Assembly: GCA_973895155.1 (NCBI GenBank)
Contig: OZ316892.1
Span: 7,485,251-7,549,250 of the forward strand
Direction of reading: 5' to 3'
DNA length: 64,000 nucleotides
Source: Marsupella aquatica
Taxonomy: Eukaryota; Plantae; Marchantiophyta
Part shown: positions 1-18,052 of the stretch, piece after piece
Layout: each line of letters starts with the position of its first letter
How positions within the stretch are numbered: position 1 is the stretch's first letter
Made by a program: the position numbers and the translations under genes
The notes under the pieces: model-generated
What the model saw: only the letters and a program-made list of their open reading frames with translations
Databases searched by the model: none
Told to the model about the DNA's origin: nothing

Positions 1-235
1 AAATCAAAGACGAGGGCACAAATTCCGTTTTTGCACGACCATAAACCCGAAACGAACTTGCTCACAATTCTTCGTCGAGTCGAAGGAAACAAAAGCAAAA
101 CGCCTAAACTTGCGGATTGCCACGCCCTAATAGGCCGATGGTGGTAGGGTCAAGGCGCCATATGTTGGAACAAACTACAGTTAAGTTGGAGCCTACTCTA
201 GTCACATTGCACGCCTGCAGAGTCGGCCACGTGGT

Positions 236-366
236 CATAATGACTTTAATATGGCCAATTTTTATTTCACTAGCCACTATAGTGACTTTCATATGGCCAA
301 TATTTATGGCATAGTGTCACTAGCTACTATAGTGACTTTAATATGGCCAATTTTTATGGCATAGTT
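236..366. repeat. Degenerate tandem repeat, about 3 copies of a ~45-50 bp unit
   Basis: The motif (ctatag)tgacttt(a/c)atatggccaat(t/a)tttat recurs at about 241, 282 and 332. Confidence 0.75.
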
Positions 367-1257
367 TTTTTCACATGGTTGTTTAAATTTTTAATTTGTT
401 ATTGACTAGCTACTATAGTGAATTAATGACATACAAACCGGTTTTTATGGCAAACAGTCATGAATTTGGTGGTCTATACTTCTTTTTTTGTTTGTAACAT
501 TAAATACCAAATTAGGATATATCAAAATTGTGACGTTTCAATACCTTCTGTCAAGTACTAACCAGAGTTAGAGAAACGGTGTCTGTACGACTTCACATCG
601 AACTATCGAAGGGGGAATATTGACCGTTGATCGAAATGTCCTCCACGACAGCCTCCTGCATCGCCCAATTACAGAGCGCCACGCGTTCCACCAGTGCCCA
701 ACAGCACCCTCCGGGTTCCATGGAGTTGAGACGGCTAGGTGGGCTGAGGGCCCTGTCAATGGAGGATTGGAGTTTGGAGAGTGCCAACGCAAGAGTGTCG
801 ATGACTTAAACAAATTCCTTATTCCTAGCTTTGAGATCCAAATCTGGATCACTTCAACGAAAACACTCGCACGAGAATTGGACTTGCGAGCTTTTCGAGG
901 AGAAACTGTCTGATTTGAACAAATTACTAGGACTGGAGTTGTGTAGTTCCGAATCGGTTGGAGCCAGGCAGCCGTTCAGGAACCCTCAGTCTTCGATTTT
1001 TCATTGCTTCTCGGAAGAAATTTATGTGTCTCGGAAGACTTCTGCATGCAGTCGAGTGCCAATTGGTTGACCGATACATGTCAGGCAGATGTGTCTTTCG
1101 CAAGGCAACTAGTGCGTGCGTGTGACTGGGGACGCGCGTTGAGCAAGAGGGGAAATTCTGCGTCAGTTGGAACGTTTTTATCACTTTGCAGGGAATTTGG
1201 AGAGAAGGTTTTTGCGTCAATTTGAACTGAGTCAGAGAGAGAGAGAGAGCGAGAGAG

Positions 1258-1503
1258 ATGGCGGAGAAATCGGCGGCGTGGAGCAAGCCGAAGGAGACGA
1301 CACCGTTGCTGGTGAATGATCTCGAGAACGCCTATGGTACTACCACAAAGGCCGCTACTCCGACCGAGAAGAAGCCACCGCAGACGCTGTGGGAGTGGAC
1401 GAAGGCCGAAACGGCTTGCTACTCAAAGTATATTTGCCCTGTCATCTTAGTTAACTCGATAATTGTCATTATCCTTCTAGCTTACTTCGGCGTTCTGTCG
1501 TAG
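1258..1503 (+). CDS. Small (81 aa) single-exon protein with C-terminal transmembrane helix (tail-anchored candidate), unknown function
   Basis: The ATG directly follows a (GA)n tract, the same leader style as the Mic10 gene in this window. The N-terminus is hydrophilic and contains ETTPLL; the C-terminus is hydrophobic (ICPVILVNSIIVIILLAYFGVLS). No family recognised. Confidence 0.55.
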   Translation: MAEKSAAWSKPKETTPLLVNDLENAYGTTTKAATPTEKKPPQTLWEWTKAETACYSKYICPVILVNSIIVIILLAYFGVLS

Positions 1504-4500
1504 ACTGCTTAGCACATGAGCCGCACTATTTAGAAGAAGAACGCGCAATTGTGCCGACTTACACTATCAAGGTACCCTTGCCATGTCCACCTCAATAGAG
1601 TTCGGACTAGCAACTGGGGGCAGTTCCATGTTGACTCCCTTGTCCCTATCCTACGTCTGTAAATGTCCATCACAGGTTTTCTCTGGTGAGTATGGAGAGT
1701 TTACCTCCAACCTCAGAATTAGGAAGGGCTATTGTAGATGTGTGTGCGAAGGTCCGCTATGCTTGTAGAATCATGAAAGATATGCTGGGGTTCCAAAGAT
1801 CTGCTGTGCTTGCAGATTGGAAATTCCAATCGACCTTACCGCCAAGGTCACTTAAGACGGTGTGTTGTAGCGATCACTGCACTGCCCTATACATGCAGAG
1901 GCATTTGGAGGGATGGCTCTGGGGTTTCAAAGCTTTCCCATTCTTGCTGATTGTAAATTCCAATTGAGCCGACTTCCAACGTCGTTAAGAAGAGCTTTTG
2001 CAGCTGACTGTGCACAGCTACACGACATAATTGGACTCATTTAGAGGGATAGCTCGTTGGCATCAAAGATCTCCTTTGCTTACTTCCAATATATTTAAGA
2101 AGGGCTGTCCTGTCTGCGCACAGGCACACGATATAAATGGACTCATTTTAGAGGGATAGCTCTACTGTATCGAAGATCCTTTTTGCTTGCAAATTTGTGA
2201 GCTTCAGCTGAATTTCTTGAAGGAATAGAGTCGTTTAAAAGGAGATCTGGTTAGGAAACATCCTGTGCTTGCAGAGATTCAATTATATTGCTTGATGGTT
2301 CTTACAGTTCAATGTAAATTCGATTGTTATTGAATGGTTGGTGGCGATTCTCTTGTAGTGTTTATCTCGAGAGCAATAGGATTCTCGATCTGTAGGAATG
2401 TTTAATTTAGGGGATGGAATATGGAATATGGGATATGGATATGGTAGACAAGGAGTGCTCAGTGTGTTTCGTTTGGCAGGAAGCTGTCGGAGGAATGGGA
2501 TCGAGTCAATAGGTATGGGCCCAGCCACCAGTCACCGCGATGGAAGGAGGCTAGAAGTTCTAGGTTCGTATGAGAGGCTGTCCCCGTTGACCCGAGCCGA
2601 AAGGATTTCTTCTCCATTATTCCTTTGTCAATGACCCACATAAGATGATATTCAGAGTTTGTGATTTCAATCGTTCTCTGTGTAAATTAATGTGATTTCC
2701 AGCAAAGGTAAAACTTCCACTTGGTCTTCCGTGGTTGAGATCTATACTAGAGACCTTTCGAGGAAGTTAGGTTAAAGTTAGAGAAACCTTGATGGCATTC
2801 GGATTTTAAGCACTGTAAACATTTGAGTGACCTTACCTGGCATGCGGATTTTAAGCAGTGTAAAAGTTTACTCCATGCCGTTGTGAAAAGTCAATGGGTG
2901 GTAAGAATTTTGGGCATTTTGCTTGTGTGCGAAGTTTTGTTGTTGTTGGTGTACTTAGTTGGAGCTGTGTTGCTTTTCTGAAAAATCGATTGAAATTGAA
3001 AGCTATGGATTGAGAAACTTCTTCGTGTCCAGTTTCGGCAGCTTTACTATGGCAATCTGTGCAATCGATCTCTTAGAACTCATCAATTTAGGCCTTGATC
3101 GTTCAACTTCACTGTATCTAGAACGGTGTAGAGATTGACCGCGTTGTGCAGGGGCGAATGCGGGTCATCAGGGGCAAATTTGATGTACCACAGGTCTCTT
3201 GCTTGCATTGTTTCGAACCTGACTTGTTTCAAGACCCTAACGAATCCGCTAGAAACCGGATTCTTTCGCCCTGTTAAAGATTTGCAAAGGAATACTCTAG
3301 CTAGAATCCCTTTCTGGCTTATTTCTTTACGCCGACCCTATGGTTCATCGGGCTCTGTCTCCTGGAGTGCTCGAACCTTAGCCAACAGCCCAAAAAGCAC
3401 TCCAAAGATTGAAAGTCGAGAAAACTTAAAAAAGTACTACAAACATTGAAAGTCGAGAAAGGGAATGTAAACAGTTCTGCGCTACACTGGTCAATGTAAG
3501 AAGCGAGGGAAGACACTAATTCTTAGTAAAGGCCTAATCCTCTGTAGGCACCACAATCCACAGTCAGATCTAGAAAATTGGACTGGTACCAGCATAAAAA
3601 GTAAAAGGTAAATGAAACGTTTGGGGTTTGTTGTTCTTAGTTTCAGACGCTGTTTCTACAATGAAATAGATAGCAGATAGGTAAGTCTTTGATTCTGGGG
3701 CTAGGACACATACCTTCCTCTGTCCAAACATAAATTTATTGTCTACCTTGCTAAGCTGTGATCCTTAGACGGATAGCTTGCAAAGAAATCACTCCGTTTT
3801 AAGTGAGAGTAACGGCTGTCCTTGAAGAATGCAATGAACTTAGATTATAATTTTCAAATGATGTGAAAGGGGGGACCAGGTAGCTCAAGCTATCAATAAG
3901 TTCGTTCACACTACAGTACTTAACATAAACTGTATGTCAAGAAAAGACAGAGTCAAAAGCCTATCGAATTGTCACTGAAAACTCCATCGATCACAGTCAC
4001 ATTACACTTGGTTTGTTTGCACATAGACTTTGTAATTTATAAGTTGCCAACAGTTCACTGTCCCATTCCAATCTGGCTGAAAGATCTCAGGTTTTTTATT
4101 CTTATAGTTTTTCAAAAGGACTCTACAATACAGAAGTAAAGCCTATCCAGCATAACTCACGTTGGCTCATTTAGATCCTATTGAGATTTATGCACATATG
4201 ACATGAATGTGACAGCTCCCCATCCGTCATTCCATAAATATACAATTTGAGCTAAAAAATTCAAACTCGGAATTCACGTCTTCACCACAGGAGTCTCGTA
4301 GCAACAATTTCATGCAATTATATGGCACACGGCTTTTAATTGCAAAGTAGGTAATCACGAGATGCAAGCGCTCATTGAGTCTTATTACCTGAAGATATTG
4401 TACCCAAACAATGCCTGGTGCTAATACCGATCACTTCGGAAGATGGAAGATGAACTCTGCAATCAACAGTCTTTGTTGAGAACTCATTCACACTCGCTCG

Positions 4501-4849
4501 CTACAAAATCATACAAAATTGATTGTACCTAGCTGCAGAGTGTGCCCTAAAACGGACCATATCCATCATCGAGTAGAGCTGAAGCCGAGAGCAAAGAATT
4601 ACTCGCGCGGAATTTGGCCATATAAACAAACAGTGCCTCCCTATTGTCATTCCACCCGGGTAGAGGAAAGAAATGACTGGAATGTGTAAAAAAGTAGAAA
4701 TGTTGGACAATCCCCCCTGTATATTTACATATATATGGGTAGTTTTGGTTGAACGAGCCTCCATATTGTCATCCCACCTGGGGCCACATATATATACAGA
4801 GAGAGAGAGAGAGCGAGAGAGAGAGAGAGAATTGTGAGGAGGGTCCGAG

Positions 4850-5107
4850 ATGGTTGCAAAGAGGCCGAAGGAGTTCGGTGATGTGGACGAGAAATGGGAT
4901 GCTGCCATCGATTTGACTCTGCGAAGGTTCGTGTACTCCACCGTGGGAGGAGCCGTTGCTGCGTTCACTCTCTTTCGCACCCGCACGACGAGATGGTCGG
5001 CGGTTGCTTTCGGGGCAGGGTTTGGATTAGGCTCTGCGTTGCGGGAGTCCTCGGACATCATCGGACCCGATTTGGTGTGGCCTTTTGATTTCAAAGATAG
5101 CCGGTGA
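4850..5107 (+). CDS. MIC10: MICOS complex subunit Mic10 (DUF543 family), intronless
   Basis: KWDAAIDLTLRRFVYSTVGG...FR...RWSAVAFGAGFGLGSA matches plant Mic10, including the GxGxG motif of TM2. A (GA)n leader lies at 4798-4830. Confidence 0.9.
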   Translation: MVAKRPKEFGDVDEKWDAAIDLTLRRFVYSTVGGAVAAFTLFRTRTTRWSAVAFGAGFGLGSALRESSDIIGPDLVWPFDFKDSR

Positions 5108-7195
5108 CGATCACTGATGTCATCGGGAGAAGAGATTGACGGCAGTGAATAGGAATATGGATTTCCCATCGAGAACTGAACATGAGACTCGTAATTGGGC
5201 CGAAACGAGAACGCTAATGGGCCTGTCACCCAAATACCAATTCTCTGATTTGGCCTCATTGGTTTTTTGATCGGCGGGGTCACGTTGTGAGAGAAGCATT
5301 TTGATCCATTGCTTTCGCATTGTGATGCTCTTTCGTCGACTGCAAAGGCTACAAAATTTGATCTGTTGAAGTCTACAAGGGGTGCAGATCTCACATTTGG
5401 ATTGCTTTCATGTTGTGGATGGACCAAAACGCCATTAGTCAATGCTTAGAGAACCAAGTGACTACTGTGCCTTCGCTTCTACCTTACACAAGAGATTCAT
5501 GGACCAACCATTGTTGCAAACCGTTGCGATTCTCGTCCCGAATCAGAACTCGATCAATATTTCGTCTGGTTTACCAACCATGTAAATAGGTGCAATGCAA
5601 GAACATATTCTATGGGTGCCCAACAGATGCAGAGAACTGGATTTACAAGATTGCAGCAAGAGAATTACGGGATAAACAATAGAACGGAGTACTATGTATC
5701 ACTCCAGCTGTGGCGTTGTTTTGCAATGTCACTCAAGCAAAATTGACGGAAACAATGGTAGAAATTGGTTGTGCTCTAGAGAGCGCACCCTTATTGTAAA
5801 TTTGGAGACGTTAACAGATTATTCACACTTAAACATAAAACTACTGTACCTATCTGTTGTGACCGTTGCCTTGATTATTAGTTAGTCTGGAGGGCAAAGT
5901 GTTCCTCATGTCGAGACATATCCAACGAGCCTAATGGCTTTCTATAGGAAACAAGATGTAATTCGTAATGGAAGTCGGTTTCATAAGAAAGGCAAGGATT
6001 CCAATTCATGTTCTACGAATGTGCAGCAAGAGATCTTCCATAATATTCTCGCAAATATTAGGTCAAGTAACGAGGATGCATAATTCATGGCTAGCTTTCG
6101 TGAAGGGTCGGAGAGTCGAAAATTTGGCAATCCTCAATGGATACAAGGTTCTTATGACTTTCGACCAAGGTGGGCATCACGTACCGCCCACCTGTGTAGG
6201 GGCAGCACTGTGGGTTTGATATATCACTGAGATGTCGAGAATATGGTCAATTTAGTCTGGATTCAATCTCTGCAAATGGTCATGAAATTTGAAGGACTAC
6301 TCCTGTGACCTCGCCCAGGAAATATCACTGCAACCAAACCACTATTCACTGACCCAGAGAGTCGAACAGAATTCGAGTATCAGTTTGATGATTTGAGTAC
6401 TCAAGTGCGCTGGGACGAGAGAATAGTAAGAATATTAGACTCTCGATGAGCATGACGCAATTACACACAGCAGGGGAGCATTCAATTGACAGAGATCTCA
6501 GAACCTCAGAATCACGTCCAGAGGCAGAAACCATTTGTACATTTACTTTCTCAACTCATTACTGTAGTACTAAAATCGATTCGAGTGACCGCTTTCGACG
6601 TGATCGGCTGTTTGTCCTGCATCATTACTACATCTAGGCAATTTCTGCACTACATAATACACGAATATATCCACAACATGGAGACCATAGTGGATTTCTC
6701 TTCTACCCCTGCTGGCAACCACGAAATGTGCTGTAGCCTCCAAACTGAAATTGCCCAGTAAGTCAGGATTCTATTGTCCCTCCCCACTCTCAAACGACCT
6801 CCAAATTATGGAGGGCATTTCCTTCTGGCTCCAATTGAAATAATTGGTGAGACCTCCGCCACAGGCAATGGTCCAAGCCGGAGATCATCATCGTAAGCCT
6901 GCATCAATTGAGTAATGATGGGAGTACCTTGTTGCTACCAGGCTTGTTCATGCACCGTCCTCCACTTTCAATGTCGTATGCCAAGCTAAACATCATTTCA
7001 CGTCTTTGGACAGGAGCTCAGGTAAGAAAGGGAGGTAGGGGTCTGTCTTCTTTCTTATGAAGTCAACATCTTCCACATGGCCGCAACGCAGAAGCATCTT
7101 CACATAAACTTTTCTTGCTGGCAGAGGCACCACTCCAGTAAGCGGTCGTCAACGTGTCCCAAGCTTGGATCCTGTTTTTTGTCATATCCTGTTCC

Positions 7196-14369
<7,174 letters not shown>

Positions 14370-14642
14370 GTCTCCGGATCCTCCCCACTTCCTCGATCAA
14401 CCACTCACTCCCTCAATTCGTTAGCAATTTCTGTAATCCTCTGGAAACAGAAAGATCGGGCTATCAGTGCAAAGAGATGTGCAGAACAGACAGGTAATGA
14501 ACGCCGAACAATCCTGAGAGGACTGTAATGCCGAATTCTTCTATGCTGTGTGAAGACTTGGAAGACCCAGAAAGGGAGAGAGAAAGAGGATTCGTTTCTG
14601 CTCTTTCCCCTCTCCCTCGCTTTTGCATTGCTGACAGAAACA

Positions 14643-14661
14643 TTTGGCGGGAGTTTCCCGC
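14643..14661. promoter_or_regulatory. Paired E2F-binding sites upstream of MCM4
   Basis: TTTGGCGG (14643-14650) and TTTCCCGC (14654-14661) both fit the TTTSSCGS consensus. MCM genes are canonical E2F targets. Confidence 0.8.
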
Positions 14662-15139
14662 GTAAAATTGATACTGCACCATGTCACCGTATTTATACGG
14701 TGACGGTAGAGAAGGACCTACCGTCGCCAAACCAACGGCGTCCAACGGTGGGGCAACGATGACGTCTGTGCCAGATTTTCCTAGAGGCCTAAACCCTGGC
14801 TACATTTCAGTACAAATTTCCCTAACCATTCAAATAGGGTGTGGAGGAGCATATTTAAAAAATAAATTGTTAGGAATATTCTTTATCAATTTTTCTTGGA
14901 TTATATCTTAACCATCAGATTACCTATTCTTGGATTATATCCTGACGATCAGATTTCCTAGATTTATGGAAGACAGGTAGACTCTGGCAAATAGGGTCCA
15001 TGATTTGGTGGGAAAGTGACAAATGGCATACAAACAAAGTTTAGCCAAAAGTGACTAACACTTTTTGGGAAGGTGGGATTTGGCAAAATTAGCACCTATA
15101 AATATACGCTGTTGTTGAGCCCCAAATTTTCCAGAGGTT

Positions 15140-15620
15140 TAGGGTTTAGGCTCATAGGAAACAGTCAAAGATAGGGTGCATAGCCCCAAAGACCTCCAAT
15201 GCATGTGGGTAGAATAAATAAACCAGCTGCATATGACTCCTCCTTAAGCCCCTGCCTTAGCTACACCATGGCCTAGCACATGAGTAAACCACAATATTGT
15301 TTCGTCAGAAGGATCCCCAAAGACCACCTCCCAATGCCACAAACTTTTCCCCTAGGAAAGACCAGATGAACCAGTCACCTGTAAAAACCAATATCCTAAG
15401 ATGGAAGCACATATCATTACCCCATAGTGACATCCTCCTGGACAATGGCTGCTGCCACATCCCATATGTCATTGTGTGTTACAATGGGTTGCAATTTTCT
15501 TACTTCCATAACCACATTGAGTATATGAACTCTCTCCTGGTCCAGAGACTCCCCACAACGACACATGTGGGTTGGTCCAAGAGGCAAGGTGGGGTACATG
15601 GAGTTGAAGGCTCATAGAAT
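15140..15620 (-). mobile_element. Decayed non-LTR retrotransposon fragment (RLE-type, CRE-like C-terminal Zn knuckle/endonuclease)
   Basis: Translation across frameshifts gives CRCGESLDQERVHIL-QCGYGSKKIATH-NDIWDVAAAIVQE and, further on, LFYPHALEVFGAMHPIFDCFL. These resemble the CxCG..LD...H..C...THD and PxAxExFG motifs of RLE-bearing non-LTR elements. Confidence 0.6.
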
Positions 15621-15817
15621 GATAAAAATGAAAAACCTATGACAGAAGTGGGCCCAGAGTGGACTAGAGTCAAGTTCTTGAATCAACACCCATACAAGAT
15701 AGATAATGTGTGCACTCATTGATTTAAAGAAAATAATGAGATTTATCATTGTTTGGACTGATATTGTACACCATATATATGTTATATTTTGATGTGCCCT
15801 GGTTTATTGGATGGCTC

Positions 15818-16221
15818 TACGGTGTAAGTAAAGACAAGAAGATGGAAGGCTATCACTATGGTGTAAGTAAAGATATCACTATGGTGTAAGTAAAGACATG
15901 ACAACAGTGTCAGTAAAGACATAAAAATGGTGTAAGTAAAGAGGAGACAATGGAAGGCTATGACTAGGGGTGTAAGTAAAGACGAGAAGATGGAAGGCGA
16001 TCACTACGGTGTAAGTAAAGACAACACAACTGTGTAAGTAAAGACTGGACGATGGAAGGCTATGACTAAGGTGTAAGTAAAGACATCACAACGGTGTAAG
16101 TAAAGACTGGACGATGGAAGGCTATGACTAGGGTGTAAGTAACGACATCACACGGTGTAAGTAAAGACTAGACGATGGAAGGCTATGACTAGGGTGTAAG
16201 TAAAGACGAGCAGATGGAAGG
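15818..16221 (+). repeat. Minisatellite: 13 copies of core GGTGTAAGTAAAGAC with ~23 and ~39 bp units
   Basis: Cores start at about 15821, 15860, 15883, 15906, 15929, 15969, 16008, 16031, 16070, 16093, 16132, 16154 and 16193. The linkers are themselves repeated (ATCACAAC-like, or ..GATGGAAGGCTATGACTA..). Confidence 0.92.
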
Positions 16222-16363
16222 GCTGTCTATCCGGAACAGGAGCAGGAACAGGAACAGGAGCAGTACCCAAATAGGAGGAAGCAAACAAGACGAAGGAAAG
16301 AAGAGGAAGGAATCCATGGCTCTCGAGTAGCACCATCGTCAAGCAGAGCACAGGCACAGAGAT

Positions 16364-18052
16364 ATGGCGTCGTCGTCTCCTCTTCTCAGCTCGCGTCTCT
16401 CCCTCTCTATTCTCCCATCGAGCTTTGCTTCCGCGCCATCGTCAGTGTCTTCTTCCGCTTCCTCGTCTGCCGCACTGGGAGCTCTGTCCACCAGCAATTC
16501 GGCTGCGGCTTCAGCCATTCCGCTCAGAAAGACCACTGCTGCTGCTGCTGCTGCTTCTTCCTGTGCGAGGAGTTCTGCGAGGACGACGAGCTGTGATGTG
16601 AGAGAGGGCGTGCATCATCGCTACACTTCGAAATTCAATGGAGCTTTGGTTTCTGTCACGCGAGTTTCTTTCGCCCGGACGACTCGGCGGCGTGGTTCGT
16701 TTGCAGGGAATCCCGGCGTGACATCCTCGCCACGCTCGGCCCTTGTGGTTGGTGAATCGTTTCCCGATTACGGTTTTTTCATCGTGTGGATTGTGTCACC
16801 AGCTTCCGTTGTGTGGGTGTTTCCCGATTTTGTACCGTTTTTCCGTCGTGTGGATTGTGTCACCTGCTTCCGTTGTGTGGGTTGAAGTTCTTTGGTTTCC
16901 TTCGTATTTTTTTCTCCTTTTTACTTGGATCGAATGAGGGGATTTGTGTCATTCTTTGTTTGCTTCTCTAAGATTGGCGTTTGGCGTGGTGACGTTTGAT
17001 TGACCTAAAATATTTCATCCCCACAATCACCTGGTCTGCTCCATCTAGCTCCTTTTTGTCCTGAAATCTAATCATGTAATGGTTTGAGGGCCTTGAGTTT
17101 TTTTTTTTCGTTTGGATCCCGAGTAGACTATTATCAATTCGTTTGAGAGACCAGAAAAAGTGGTAATGAACAACAATCAAAAGATTCGCGTCCTTCTTCT
17201 TTGGTATATCGAAGACAATGGTTCTCTGCTTAGAACTTATATATCGATTGAGGTGTCAAATGTCTGTTGCAAGGTCTTAATTCTCTCCGTAAAACGCTAC
17301 TGTCAGTCCTTTACCTCTGTGCTTTGCAAAGAAATTTGAAATCTGATAACGTGGAGCTTACTCCGTCGGTATGGTCCAACAGCAAAAGGTCTCAGCGAAC
17401 GAGCTGGACTCCATCTTGAGTGCGGAAAGAACTTCTCCGATGATAATTGATTTCTACGCCACCTGGTGCGGTCCCTGTGTCGTGCTTGCGCAAGAGCTTG
17501 AGCAGGTGAGTTGAGGTTCTTTTATTTTCTTTGAGAACTCACCGAAAATCGCATTTAGTTTCACCTTATTATTTCATACTTCTTCTCATTTTTCTCTGTC
17601 GTTCGTATTTGCTTTTCTACTCAGATTGGATATTACTTCACTTCTGCTCATGTTTTGGGATTTGGACATTTTTGAGAGTGCAGCTGGCGGAGGAATACGG
17701 TGACGATGTCCGATTTCTGAAAGTGGACACCGATGAGGAGCACGAACTTGCTTCACAAATGGAGGTAAAATTCTATCAGAAGCGTTTGATGAGGACCTTT
17801 TCTTAATTTGCTCTGTTCAGTTGACGGTCGTTCGTGTTCGAAACCACGCACCAAGAGATTGGCGTCGGTGCTGTTGTAACGAATCGCGGCTGCTTTCACG
17901 ATGTTAACTCCCGTGCGTGTTCTATGCAGATCCGTGGCTTACCCACTATGGTATTTGTGAGTAAAGACGTCGATAAGCTTGCCATTCGCACCGAAGGATT
18001 GCTTCCCACAAATGCAATTCGTGATATCATAGAGAAAGAAATCTTGGTTTGA
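16364..18052 (+). CDS. TRXz: Plastid thioredoxin z (CITRX-like), 4 exons
   Basis: Exon 1 (16364-16747) encodes a Ser/Ala-rich transit peptide. Exon 2 (17383-17505): QKVSANEL..IIDFYATWCGPCVVLAQELEQ. Exon 3 (17684-17764): LAEEY..KVDTDEEHELASQME. Exon 4 (17930-18052): IRGLPT..AIRTEGLLP. The WCGPC site plus AIRTEGL is typical of TRX z. Confidence 0.9.
16760..16882. repeat. ~60 bp tandem duplication in TRXz intron 1
   Basis: tttcccgatt...cgtgtggattgtgtcacc(a/t)gcttccgttgtgtgggt occurs twice in succession. Confidence 0.85.

Noticed and set aside
568-1286. Several 60-119 aa ORFs on both strands upstream of the 81-aa gene
   Set aside because: They overlap each other, show no motifs and mostly have non-ATG starts; promoter sequence is more likely.
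4501-5442. 313-aa ORF on the minus strand
   Set aside because: It is an antisense shadow of Mic10 with a non-ATG start, runs through the (CT)n tract (SLSLSRSLSLS), and has no recognisable domain.
15818-16221. CRISPR-like array (constant 15-bp repeat with intervening sequences)
   Set aside because: The linkers are 8 or 24 nt and repeat each other rather than being unique. The repeat is short and non-palindromic, there are no cas genes, and the context is eukaryotic.
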